Source of the DNA: Candidatus Spongiisociaceae bacterium
Lineage (GTDB): Bacteria; Actinomycetota; Acidimicrobiia; Spongiisociales; Spongiisociaceae
DNA length: 64,000 nucleotides
NCBI GenBank assembly: GCA_965219685.1
Contig: CBDCOH010000002.1
Location: forward strand, 3,776,001 to 3,840,000
Direction of reading: 5' to 3'
The notes below the pieces were generated by a model. It saw only the letters and a program-made list of their open reading frames with translations. It did not search any database and was not told the origin of the DNA. This document shows, piece by piece, positions 19,975 through 29,431 of this stretch; the stretch's first letter is position 1; each line of letters starts with the position of its first letter. A program made the translations under genes and the position numbers.

Positions 19975-20925
19975 TCAGCCCTTCACCGAGCCGGCCAGGA
20001 TTCCGGTGACGAAGAAGCGTTGCAGCGCGAAGAACACGATGATCGGTAGCAGGGTCGATAGGAACGCGCCGGCGGTCAGCAGGTGTTCGGCCTGGCCGAA
20101 CTCTCCTGACAGGGCCGCGATGCGGGCGGTGGCCGGGAAGTTCGCGCCGGCGCCTCCCAGCATGGTGACCGCGATGAGGTAGTCGTTGTAGGTCCACAGG
20201 AACTGGAAGATCGCGAAGGCCGCCAGTACCGGCACGGAGAGCGGGATGACCAGCCGCCAGAAGATCTTGAAGTGGTCGGCGCCGTCGATCACTGCCGACT
20301 CGAAGATGTCCTTCGGTAGCCCGCTTATGTAGTTGTGCAGCAGGAAGATGGCGAAGGGCAGCGCGAAGCCGGTATGGGTCAGCCAGACCGATACGTGTCT
20401 CCCGGCGAGGTCGAGGTCGGGGAACAAGGTGAGGGTCTTCTCCAGGAAGGGAAGGGTGAGGTGCCCCCCGCCGCTGTAGAGCTGGAGGAGGGGGATCAGC
20501 GACATCTGGGCCGGAATGGCCAGCAGCGAGACGGTGGCGATGAACAGCCACTCGCGGCCCTTGAAGTCGATCCAGGCGAAGGCGTAGGCGGCGAACGCCG
20601 CGAAGGCGATCGGTATGACAGTGGCGGGCAGTGCGATGGCCAGCGAGTTGAGGAGCGCTCGCCATAGACCTCCCTGGGCGCCGGCCGAGAGGATGTCGAT
20701 GTAGTTGTCGAAGGTCAGGTTCTCGGAGTAGTTCTCGAACGGGAAGTGCCACCAGCCGCTGGCCCGCTGAGCGTTGCGGGTCCGGAAGGAGTTCACGAAC
20801 AGGCCGAGGCTCGGGATCGTCCAGAGGACGACCAGCAACCAGAGCACCCAGGTCGGGATGGAGCGGAGGAACGCGTAGGTCCGCTTACCGAGGCCAGGGC
20901 CACCTGTGCTGGAGAGTACGGTCAT
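19975..20925 (-). CDS. Carbohydrate (alpha-glucoside, AglG-like) ABC permease
   Basis: WTIPSLGLFVNSFR, AAYAFAWIDFKGR, EAA loop IFESAVIDGA. ATG 20925 overlaps upstream TGA. Confidence 0.9.
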   Translation of the reverse strand: MTVLSSTGGPGLGKRTYAFLRSIPTWVLWLLVVLWTIPSLGLFVNSFRTRNAQRASGWWHFPFENYSENLTFDNYIDILSAGAQGGLWRALLNSLAIALPATVIPIAFAAFAAYAFAWIDFKGREWLFIATVSLLAIPAQMSLIPLLQLYSGGGHLTLPFLEKTLTLFPDLDLAGRHVSVWLTHTGFALPFAIFLLHNYISGLPKDIFESAVIDGADHFKIFWRLVIPLSVPVLAAFAIFQFLWTYNDYLIAVTMLGGAGANFPATARIAALSGEFGQAEHLLTAGAFLSTLLPIIVFFALQRFFVTGILAGSVKG

Positions 20926-23075
20926 CAGGTCGCCGCTTTCTGCATCCGTCGGATATTGATGAAGAGGATGGGCAGCACCGCGATGAACAGGACCACGGCC
21001 AGCGCCGATCCGAGGCCGAAGTTCAACTCGGTGAAGGCGCGTTGCCACATCTCGTTGGCGATGACCTGGGTGCCGAAGTTGCCGTTGGTCATCACCTTCA
21101 CGATGTCGAAGACCTTCATAACCAGCACTATCAGGGTGGTGATTACCACCCCGATGGTCGGGTAGATGTGGGGGATGATCACCCGCCAGAAGGTCTGGGA
21201 CTCGGACGCGCCGTCCACCCGGGCCGCCTCGATGAAGTCGGCCGGGACCGCTTTGATTGCGGCCGAGAAAATCACCATGGTGAAGCCGGTCTGAATCCAG
21301 ATCAGCACCAGCATCAGCCAGATGTTGTTGTACGGGGCCTTCTGCACGAACTGGATGGTTGAGGCGACCACGTCCCCGTTGTCGCGTACCTCGAAGCCGC
21401 CCACACCTCGCCATAGGGCATAGGCGAACCAGATGAGCGGCAGCGAGCAGATCGCCGCGCCCACCCCCACGGTGCGTTCGCCGGTCTTCCAGGCCCGGAT
21501 TCCCAGACGGATCAGGAGCCCTGCCAGCACCAGGCACACGATCACCGCTGTGAAGAATCCCGGCCCGCGCGAGAGGCTCAGATTGCCGATCGCGACCCAG
21601 ACCGTGTTCAGCACCCCGGTCTGGGGCTTGGAAACATCGCGCGCCAGGTACATGAACCGCCATATGACTCCGGCTCCCACGAAGGAGATGGCCATCGGCA
21701 TGAAGATCAGCGACTTGGCGAACGACTCCCACTTGGCCCGGTCCGCCAGCACCGCGATGGCCAGCCCGGCGGAGGTGGACAGGACCGTGACGGTGAACAC
21801 CCACCAGAGGTTGTTGAAAATCGTACCCCGCAGGGCGGCGAAGACGGCGAAAGCGATCAGGACCACCCCCACGGCGGTGCCGCCGCCGGTGCCCGGCGAG
21901 AAGCGGATGGCGTAGCCGGTGCGGCGGCCCACCATGACCGACACGATGAGCCCGATGAGTACCAGGGCGATGCCCACCAGGAAGAGCTTGCTGCCGAAGA
22001 TCCCGGCCCATCCCTCGACGTTGAAGATGTTGGGGCTCGAGAAGACGTCCTGGTAGTTGACGAACCCCACGTATTCCTGGCCCCGCGTGTCGTGGAAGGA
22101 GAGGAACAGGGTGCGCAAGGTCGGGACGATGAGGGTGGCGGCGATGAACCCCAGCGCCGGGACCAGGAAGATGTAGGCACGCGAGGATGCTTCGATGCGG
22201 CCCCGCTGCGTATGGTCTGGAATCGGTTTGAGGCCGATCAACGCTCCGAAGCCCAATCCCACCCCGATGGAAGCTATCAGCGCGTCCGTCTTGGTTCCCG
22301 AACCGAGGCTCGGAAGCAGCCAGCCGCCGAAGAGGAATCCGATCGTGGCGCCGAGTATCAGGGGCTGAACCAGTGGGTTCCTGCGCCCCCTGACCTGCCA
22401 CAGCAGGAGCCCGATCACGGCTCCGACCAGGGTGGCGCCTGCCAGGACGCCGTAGTCGATGTAGGGAAGGACCGGCCACAACTCGAAGGTCCCCTGCTCG
22501 AGTTCGAACACCAGGATCACTTTCCGCATCCCGGAGGCGGCCAGCGCGCCCAGGGCCGCTCCGGCGCCGATCCCGATCGCCAACCGGGCCCACCTGTGGT
22601 GGACCGTTCCCAGCAGGTAGCCGGCGATCGCCCCGAGCAGGGTTGCGATGACCGTGCGCAGTACGGGGTCGTCGATGGCTCTGTTACCCCATAGCAAGGC
22701 GTACACCACGAGTGTCCCGCCCGCGCCGACTACGGTGGTGTACGTCGACCAGCGGTCGGGTGCCAGGTCGAAGAGTTTGTTGGCGGCTATGAAGATGACC
22801 GCGCTGGCCAGTATCGACACCACCACCCCGCGGGCGGTGGTCTCGAGTTTCTCCACCACGTCGGAGACCAGCGTATCGTCTACATCCAGCAGCGCCGCGA
22901 GTGCGGCCGGCGTGAACAGCACCGACAGGGCAGCGAGGCAGAGAACCACGAAGGTCGCCACGGCAATCCCTCGACGGGTCTTCGAATCTGAACCGCTCCG
23001 GTCGATCCAGAAAGCGATCCCTCCGGCGATGCCGATCACCATGAGGACGTTTATCAGCGCGTTGACGGCTACCAC
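20925..23075 (-). CDS. Carbohydrate (AglF-like) ABC permease with enlarged N-terminal membrane region
   Basis: KSLIFMPMAISFVGAGVIW, IEAARVDGA, KVFDIV..MTNGNFGT; GAGGA RBS before GTG 23075. Confidence 0.88.
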   Translation of the reverse strand: MVAVNALINVLMVIGIAGGIAFWIDRSGSDSKTRRGIAVATFVVLCLAALSVLFTPAALAALLDVDDTLVSDVVEKLETTARGVVVSILASAVIFIAANKLFDLAPDRWSTYTTVVGAGGTLVVYALLWGNRAIDDPVLRTVIATLLGAIAGYLLGTVHHRWARLAIGIGAGAALGALAASGMRKVILVFELEQGTFELWPVLPYIDYGVLAGATLVGAVIGLLLWQVRGRRNPLVQPLILGATIGFLFGGWLLPSLGSGTKTDALIASIGVGLGFGALIGLKPIPDHTQRGRIEASSRAYIFLVPALGFIAATLIVPTLRTLFLSFHDTRGQEYVGFVNYQDVFSSPNIFNVEGWAGIFGSKLFLVGIALVLIGLIVSVMVGRRTGYAIRFSPGTGGGTAVGVVLIAFAVFAALRGTIFNNLWWVFTVTVLSTSAGLAIAVLADRAKWESFAKSLIFMPMAISFVGAGVIWRFMYLARDVSKPQTGVLNTVWVAIGNLSLSRGPGFFTAVIVCLVLAGLLIRLGIRAWKTGERTVGVGAAICSLPLIWFAYALWRGVGGFEVRDNGDVVASTIQFVQKAPYNNIWLMLVLIWIQTGFTMVIFSAAIKAVPADFIEAARVDGASESQTFWRVIIPHIYPTIGVVITTLIVLVMKVFDIVKVMTNGNFGTQVIANEMWQRAFTELNFGLGSALAVVLFIAVLPILFINIRRMQKAAT

Positions 23076-23172
23076 CGGCCGGTCCTCTGCGAGCCGGCTG
23101 GATCGTTCATGATTCGGGTCTGGGCTCTGCGCGGCATCCCGCTCCCGGTCCGTCTAGTGCATCCGGTTGGCG

Positions 23173-23202
23173 GGTGGGCGCCCCGTCTCCGGGGCGCCCA
23201 CC
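23173..23202 (-). terminator. 13-bp hairpin after the SBP gene (attenuator or mRNA stabiliser)
   Basis: GGTGGGCGCCCCG-TCTC-CGGGGCGCCCACC. Confidence 0.6.
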
Positions 23203-23238
23203 GCCGTTGTCGTCTATCCGTGTTTCAGGCTAACCGGC

Positions 23239-24714
23239 TCAGGGCCACGAGTTCTCGATGGCCTGAGTGGCCTCCTCCACCGTCTTGTCGCCGTTGACCG
23301 CGCTCGTCGCCTCGGACCAGAAGGTCCCCGCGCCCACCGCGGCGGGCATGAGATCGGACCCGTCGAAGCGGACCACCTCGGCGGTGAACAGGATGTCCAG
23401 GAAGGACTGCTCCAAGGGCTGGTAGAGATCCAGGTTGGCGTTGATGTTGGGCGACAGGAAGCCGCTCAGCACCGCTCCGCCGCCCTTTGACAGGTTCTGG
23501 AACCGCTGCCGGTTATCCGCGTACTCGGGAGTGGCGTAGTACTCCATCACGGCCCACACCTCGGGGGCGTCACGGAAGGCAGCCACCAGCGTCCCGGCGC
23601 CGAGCACCGGGCGGTCGCCCGTTACCGACGGGAAGTAGAAGACATCCACTCCGTCGGGGCCGAAACCCGTCCCGTCCGGGAAGAAAGCCGAGAAGAAGGA
23701 AGCCTGGCGATGCATCATGCAGTCGCCCTCCACCAGCGGGCGTCCGTTGTCACCGAAGAAGGTGGAGGCGATGGTCCCACCCTCCGCGTAAACGGCGCCC
23801 GGAGTGTTCCACAGGGCGAGGATCTCGTTCCAGATGGAGTTCATCTCGGGCGTGTTGAACGGAATCGTGTGGGCCACCCACTCGTCGTAGAAGTCCGCGC
23901 CCTGGTAGCGCAGGGTCAGGTCCTCCACCCAGTCGGTGAACGCCCATCCGGTAGCGCCTCCGGACTCGATTCCCACGCACCATGGCACGTTGCCGTCGTC
24001 GATCATCTGCTGGGTCAGCGCCTTCAGATCGCCCCAAGTGGTCGGGACCGAGTAACCGTTGGCCGCGAAGTCGGCCGGCCGGTACCAAACCAACGACTTG
24101 AGGTCGGCCTTGGTCGGGATGGCGTACTGGACGCCGTCCACGTTGCCGAACGCGTTCCAGGCCGCACCGATGTTGGCGTTCATAGTCGCCTGCACGTCGT
24201 CGGGAATGGGCAGTAGCCATCCCTCACGGGCGAAGTCGGCTATCTTCCCGGGCTGCGGGAACACCGCGATGTCGGGTGGGTTACCACCCGCCGCCTGGGC
24301 GTTGATCAGGTCGGAGAAGCTCCGCTCCCCGGTGTACTGGATCGTCATGCCGTTCTGGGCCGCGAAGATGTCCAGGGCCGCCTGATGGGATCCTGCCTCC
24401 GCATCGGAACTCTCCGGTCCGAACACGGTCACGGTGGTGCCGGCGAGGGGGTTCATCGCCTCCACCTCGACCTCGACCTCCACGGGGACCGTGACCTCTA
24501 CCTCGACCTCGACGGTCTCTGTGACGGTTTCGGTGACCGTCTCGGTAACAACGGATGTGACGGTCTCGGTGATGGTCTCTGTCTCCGTGACGATCGATGT
24601 CACGACCACGGTCTCGGGCGGCGGCGGGGGCGCTTCTTCGGTGTCCCCGCACGCAGCTGCCACGAGAGCCAGCGCCGCCATAAGCGCAAAGATCCTGGTG
24701 AGTTTTCTCGTCAT
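23239..24714 (-). CDS. Carbohydrate (AglE-like) ABC substrate-binding lipoprotein
   Basis: Lipobox VAAAC-GD, T/V/E linker, GNPPDIAVFPQPG, PWCVGIESGGATGW, FDGSDLMPAAVG. Confidence 0.92.
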   Translation of the reverse strand: MTRKLTRIFALMAALALVAAACGDTEEAPPPPPETVVVTSIVTETETITETVTSVVTETVTETVTETVEVEVEVTVPVEVEVEVEAMNPLAGTTVTVFGPESSDAEAGSHQAALDIFAAQNGMTIQYTGERSFSDLINAQAAGGNPPDIAVFPQPGKIADFAREGWLLPIPDDVQATMNANIGAAWNAFGNVDGVQYAIPTKADLKSLVWYRPADFAANGYSVPTTWGDLKALTQQMIDDGNVPWCVGIESGGATGWAFTDWVEDLTLRYQGADFYDEWVAHTIPFNTPEMNSIWNEILALWNTPGAVYAEGGTIASTFFGDNGRPLVEGDCMMHRQASFFSAFFPDGTGFGPDGVDVFYFPSVTGDRPVLGAGTLVAAFRDAPEVWAVMEYYATPEYADNRQRFQNLSKGGGAVLSGFLSPNINANLDLYQPLEQSFLDILFTAEVVRFDGSDLMPAAVGAGTFWSEATSAVNGDKTVEEATQAIENSWP

Positions 24715-25011
24715 GGTCCTCCTTCTTTCTTACGGTCCGCCGGGCGACTTGGTTGGGCCACCCCTGATGCTCGATTGGGAAACACGTGACCCGCCGCTCG
24801 TGCGCCACCCCACGCGTGCACTCCCCCGATCCTGCCCCGAATTCGGGAGCCGGGAGGAATCCGGAAGTCTATGCGGGTGTTCGCGACTAAGGCCTGCTAG
24901 CCATGGAAAAAAACTCCCCGGGCAGCCCTTGGCCGCCGACCGTGCCTCCGACCGTGACAGCGGGCCCGGTGGCTCCCTGGGTCACCTGCCCGCCGAGTCT
25001 GGCACCCTGCG

Positions 25012-25039
25012 TATAATCTGTCCAACCGGATACACGGAT
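25012..25039 (+). promoter_or_regulatory. -10 box (TATAAT) overlapped by imperfect ATCCG-N6-CGGAT palindromes; candidate SahR operator
   Basis: TATAAT 25012-25017; ATCTG-TCCAAC-CGGAT 25016-25031; AACCG-GATACA-CGGAT 25024-25039. Confidence 0.5.
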
Positions 25040-25063
25040 TTATCAAGGTAGGAGGCCAGTTCC

Positions 25064-26047
25064 GTGGTGACTGCCACCAAGGAGATATTCGAGCACCTGT
25101 CGGTCCTGTCGGACCTGACGCGGGTCCGGTTGCTCTCGGTGCTCGAGGACCACGAACTGACTGTGGGCGATCTCTGCCTGGTGCTCGACCTCCCACAGTC
25201 CACCACCAGCCGCCACCTGAGGATCCTGCTGGATCACGGCTGGGTGAACAGGCGCCGGGAGGGAACCCGGCGCTACTACAGCCTGGTCCCCGCCTCGCCG
25301 GATGAGGGAGGGCGGCGCTTGTGGGATCTCGTGGGCTCCGGTGCGGCGGACCTACCGTCGGTCCATGCGGACAACGCGAGGTTGGCGGAGGTTCTCTCCG
25401 CTCGCCGGACGGCCTCCGAGGCCTACTTCTCCAGGACCGGGGAGGCGTGGGCAAGGGTGAGGAAGGAGGTGTTCGGGGACCGGTTCGACCTGCTGGGCCT
25501 GCTGGGCCTGCTGGACCCGGCATGGACGCTCGGCGATCTCGGATGCGGGACCGCGAACGTGTCCCTGATGGTGGCGCCCTTCGTGGCGAAGGTGATCGCG
25601 GTGGACGGTTCGGAAGCCATGCTCGAGGCAGCCAGGAGCAACGTCTCCCGGCTGGGGAACGTGGAGGTCCGAGAGGGCGCACTCGAGGCTCTGCCCATCG
25701 CCGACCGGTCGCTGGATGTCGCAACCCTGTTCCTCGTACTGCACCATGTGGCTGACCCGGTCCACGTCATACGCGAGGCAGCAAGGGTCATGAAAGTGGG
25801 CGCCCGGTTGATGATCGTCGACATGGAGCAGCACGAGGACGAAGCGCTCGCCGGGCGGATGGGCCATGTGTGGCTGGGATTCGATCGTTCGAACATCGAG
25901 GCCATCCTCCACCGGGTGGGGTTCGAACGCGTCGTCACCCGATCGCTACCACCCGAGAGTTCCGCCAGCGGTCCCGGCCTCTTCGTGGCCGCGGGCCGGC
26001 GCGCCTGTCCGGCGCCAGCATCCGTATCCGCATCCGTATCCGGCTGA
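25064..26047 (+). CDS. sahR: ArsR-family HTH fused to SAM-binding methyltransferase domain (SahR-like regulator)
   Basis: LSDLTRVRLL..ELTVGDL..QSTTSRHLRIL; DLGCGT; LVLHHV; GHVWLGF; directly upstream of ahcY. Confidence 0.8.
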   Translation: MVTATKEIFEHLSVLSDLTRVRLLSVLEDHELTVGDLCLVLDLPQSTTSRHLRILLDHGWVNRRREGTRRYYSLVPASPDEGGRRLWDLVGSGAADLPSVHADNARLAEVLSARRTASEAYFSRTGEAWARVRKEVFGDRFDLLGLLGLLDPAWTLGDLGCGTANVSLMVAPFVAKVIAVDGSEAMLEAARSNVSRLGNVEVREGALEALPIADRSLDVATLFLVLHHVADPVHVIREAARVMKVGARLMIVDMEQHEDEALAGRMGHVWLGFDRSNIEAILHRVGFERVVTRSLPPESSASGPGLFVAAGRRACPAPASVSASVSG

Positions 26048-26072
26048 GAGATAGACAAGGAGCAGATTCCAG

Positions 26073-27542
26073 ATGATGCAGAACGCCCCTGATAAGACGT
26101 TCGACTTCAAGGTCCGGGATCTCGGGCTGGCCGAGCGGGGCCGGCGCGAGATCGAGTTGGCGGAGCACGAGATGCCCGGCCTGATGGCGCTGCGCGACAA
26201 GTACGCATCCGCCCGACCCCTGGCGGGTGCCCGTATCTCCGGATCGCTGCACATGACCGTGCAGACCGCCGTGTTGATCGAGACCCTGGCGGCACTCGGC
26301 GCAGAGGTCCGCTGGGCCTCGTGCAACATCTTCTCCACCCAGGACCACGCCGCGGCGGCGGTGGTGGTGGGCCATCCGGACGCGGGTGGGACGCCGGACG
26401 ATCCCCGGGGTGTGCCCGTCTTCGCGTGGAAGGGCGAGACACTCGATGAGTACTGGTGGTGTACCGACCGCATGCTCGCGTGGAGCGGCTTCGCCGGCCC
26501 CACGCTGATCGTCGACGACGGCGGCGACGCCACCCTGCTGGTCCACAAGGGCGCTGAGTACGGTCGACTGGGCGCGGTCCCGTCCTTCGACCCGGCCAGC
26601 GAGTCTGAGGAGTGGGGGGTGATCCTGGACCTGTTGCGCGAGCGAATCGCTGACGACCCCGAGTACTTCATCAGCATGGCCGCCTCCGTTCGCGGCGTGA
26701 GCGAGGAGACGACTACCGGGGTCCACCGCCTCTACGAGATGCAGGAGATGGGAACCCTGGCCTTCCCGGCGATGAACGTGAACGACTCGGTGACCAAGTC
26801 CAAGTTCGACAACGTCTACGGATGCCGCCATAGCCTCGTGGACGGACTCAACCGCGCCACCGACGTCATGCTGGGTGGGAAGGTGGCCCTGGTGGCCGGC
26901 TACGGAGAGGTGGGCAAGGGATGTGCCCAGGCACTGCGAGGCCAGGGCTGCCGGGTGGTGGTCTCGGAGATCGACCCGATCTGTGCCCTACAGGCCGCCA
27001 TGGACGGCTACGAGGTCAGCACGGTGGAAAACGTGGTCGAGACAGCCGACATCTTCATCACCGCCACCGGCAACCGCGACGTGATCACCGCAGAACACAT
27101 GTCGAGGATGAAGGACAAGGCCATCGTCGGCAACATCGGGCACTTCGACCACGAGATCGACATCGCCGGCCTCAAGGCGACCGAGGGTGTGGTGAGGCGG
27201 AACATCAAGCCGCAGTACGACGAGTTCGTGTTCCCGGACGGCCACGGTGTGCTGGTACTCGCAGAGGGCCGGCTCCTGAATCTGGGCTGCGCCACCGGCC
27301 ATCCCAGCTTCGTGATGTCCACCTCCTTCACCAACCAGGTTCTCGCTCAGCTGGATCTGCACGAGAACGCCGACGAGTACGACCTGGAGGTGATGCGCCT
27401 GCCCAAGTACCTGGACGAGGAAGTGGCCCGCCTCCATCTCGATCATCTGGGCGCGGAACTGACCGAACTCACCAAGGACCAAGCCGATTACATAGGCGTA
27501 CCCGTCGACGGACCCTACAAGCGAGACGAATACCGGTATTAG
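26073..27542 (+). CDS. ahcY: Adenosylhomocysteinase
   Basis: [51 protein letters not shown]. Confidence 0.98.
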   Translation: MMQNAPDKTFDFKVRDLGLAERGRREIELAEHEMPGLMALRDKYASARPLAGARISGSLHMTVQTAVLIETLAALGAEVRWASCNIFSTQDHAAAAVVVGHPDAGGTPDDPRGVPVFAWKGETLDEYWWCTDRMLAWSGFAGPTLIVDDGGDATLLVHKGAEYGRLGAVPSFDPASESEEWGVILDLLRERIADDPEYFISMAASVRGVSEETTTGVHRLYEMQEMGTLAFPAMNVNDSVTKSKFDNVYGCRHSLVDGLNRATDVMLGGKVALVAGYGEVGKGCAQALRGQGCRVVVSEIDPICALQAAMDGYEVSTVENVVETADIFITATGNRDVITAEHMSRMKDKAIVGNIGHFDHEIDIAGLKATEGVVRRNIKPQYDEFVFPDGHGVLVLAEGRLLNLGCATGHPSFVMSTSFTNQVLAQLDLHENADEYDLEVMRLPKYLDEEVARLHLDHLGAELTELTKDQADYIGVPVDGPYKRDEYRY

Positions 27543-27682
27543 TGAGTGGTGAGTGGTGAGTGGTGGCGGCCTAGACGGTCGCTTGGTGCTTCGTGCCTTT
27601 CACTGTGCTGGGAATCGAGCGGCTTCCCGGAGCGAGCAACCGCCGTGTGTTACACCCTCACCACCATTCACCATTCACCATT
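27543..27682. repeat. Inverted pair of heptamer arrays bracketing the ahcY-argR spacer
   Basis: (TGAGTGG)x3 at 27543-27563 and (CACCATT)x3 at 27662-27682. Confidence 0.85.
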
Positions 27683-27691
27683 CCCCAGCCT

Positions 27692-27725
27692 TGCATATTC
27701 ATTCACATATGTGCATAATCGTGCA
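27692..27725 (+). promoter_or_regulatory. Tandem ARG boxes upstream of argR
   Basis: TGCATATTCATTCA (27692-27705) and TGCATAATCGTGCA (27712-27725), 20-bp period, overlapping a CATAAT -10. Confidence 0.85.
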
Positions 27726-27727
27726 CC

Positions 27728-28192
27728 ATGAACAGGACGAACTCTCGCCGGTGGGCCTTGCGGGCCATCCTCTCGGAGCAGGTGGTTTCGAGCCAGGCGC
27801 ATCTTGCTCGGCTGCTGGCCGAGCAGGGATTCGAGGTTACCCAGGCTACGGTGTCGAGGGACCTGCGAGCAGTCGGTGCGGTCAAGACCAGGCTGGCGGA
27901 CGGGACCATGCGTTACATGTGGGATACGTCTTCGCAGTCCTCCAATGCCAGGGAGGTCCTGGCGATGACGCTGTCCACATACGCAAAGTCGGTCACGGCA
28001 AGCGGCAACCTGGTGGTCGTCAAGACCCCTCCGGGCGCGGCCCATGTGGTCGCCGCCGCGGTTGACGATTCCGGGCTCGACGGCATCCTGGGAACGGTGG
28101 CCGGCGACGACACGATGCTCATCGTCGCCGATGAGGCAACCGGCGGCCGAGCGGTGGCCGAGTTGATCGAACAGATAGGAGTGCATGGATGA
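27728..28192 (+). CDS. argR: Arginine repressor
   Basis: [29 protein letters not shown]. Confidence 0.96.
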   Translation: MNRTNSRRWALRAILSEQVVSSQAHLARLLAEQGFEVTQATVSRDLRAVGAVKTRLADGTMRYMWDTSSQSSNAREVLAMTLSTYAKSVTASGNLVVVKTPPGAAHVVAAAVDDSGLDGILGTVAGDDTMLIVADEATGGRAVAELIEQIGVHG

Positions 28193-29385
28193 GCCGGGTA
28201 ATACTGGCGTACTCGGGAGGGCTGGACACGTCGGTCATCCTGAAGTGGCTGATCGAGGAGCGGGGCCACGAGGTCATCTGCTACACGGCGGATGTCGGCC
28301 AGGGCGAGGAGGTCGAGGAGGCGGTCGTCAAGGCGTACGCGACCGGAGCGGTCGAAGCCGTGGCCGAGGACCTGCGCGAGGAGTTCGTGGAGGACTACGT
28401 ATGGCCGGCCATCCGGGCCAACGCCGTGTACGAGAACTACTACCTGCTGGGTACGTCGCTCGCCCGGCCGGTGATCGCCAAGGGCCTGGTCCGGGCCGCG
28501 GAGACCTTCGAGGCCGAGGCGATATCCCACGGCGCGACCGGCAAGGGGAACGACCAGGTTCGGTTCGAACTGTCCGCCTACGCCCTGAAGCCCGATATCC
28601 GCGTCGTGGCTCCCTGGCGTGAGTGGAGCATGAGGGGCCGGGCCGACCTGGTGGCATACGCCGACAAGCACGACATCCCGGTTCCGGTGACCGCCGAGAA
28701 GCCCTACTCGACCGACGCCAACCTGCTCCACATCTCCTACGAGGGCGGCGTCCTGGAGGATCCGTGGGTGGGTCCTCCCGAGGGGATCTTCAACCTGACC
28801 GTGGATCCGGAGGATGCGCCGGACGAGGCTCAGGAGGTCATCGTGTCCTTCGAGAGGGGCACCCCGGTGGCGGTCGACGGCGCCGAGATGTCACCGGCGG
28901 AACTGCTCGCCCACTGCAACCGGATGGCGGGAGCCCACGGGATCGGGCGGGTGGACCTCGTCGAGAACCGCTTCGTCGGGATGAAGAACCGGGGAGTGTA
29001 CGAAACGCCTGGGGGAACCCTGCTCCATCACGCGCACCGGGCGGTGGAGTCGATAACCCTCGACCGCGAACTGGCCCACCTCCGCGACGAGCTGATGCCC
29101 CGGTATGCCGAGATGGTCTACTACGGGTTCTGGTTCTCACCCGAGCGCCGAGCGCTGCAAAACCTCATGGACGACCTGCAGTCCGGCGTCACGGGAGAAG
29201 CCCGGATGCGCCTCTACAAGGGCAGAGCCACGGTCGTCGGCCGCCGGTCGGACACCCACACGCTGTACGACCAGGAGACGGTGACCTTCGAGGAGGGCGG
29301 CACCTACGACCAGGCCGACGCCACCGGATTCATCAGGCTCAACGCGCTCCGGCTGCGGATGCAGGCCGGCCGGGGTCTGGGGTGA
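28189..29385 (+). CDS. argG: Argininosuccinate synthase
   Basis: [30 protein letters not shown]. Confidence 0.98.
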   Translation: MSRVILAYSGGLDTSVILKWLIEERGHEVICYTADVGQGEEVEEAVVKAYATGAVEAVAEDLREEFVEDYVWPAIRANAVYENYYLLGTSLARPVIAKGLVRAAETFEAEAISHGATGKGNDQVRFELSAYALKPDIRVVAPWREWSMRGRADLVAYADKHDIPVPVTAEKPYSTDANLLHISYEGGVLEDPWVGPPEGIFNLTVDPEDAPDEAQEVIVSFERGTPVAVDGAEMSPAELLAHCNRMAGAHGIGRVDLVENRFVGMKNRGVYETPGGTLLHHAHRAVESITLDRELAHLRDELMPRYAEMVYYGFWFSPERRALQNLMDDLQSGVTGEARMRLYKGRATVVGRRSDTHTLYDQETVTFEEGGTYDQADATGFIRLNALRLRMQAGRGLG

Positions 29386-29431
29386 GCCCGATGAGGGGCG
29401 ATGCACCTCCCCGGAGTCCGGAGGCGTAGCG

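Noticed and set aside
20926-22593. Long upstream extensions of ORFs 19975..22593, 46899..48680 and 61411..62751
   Set aside because: Off-frame read-through inside the upstream gene, typical of high GC; true starts overlap the upstream stop codons.
26017-26041. GCATCCGTATCC x2 at the sahR 3' end
   Set aside because: Short in-frame period-6/12 duplication (ASVSASVS), not part of the heptamer family; likely slippage.
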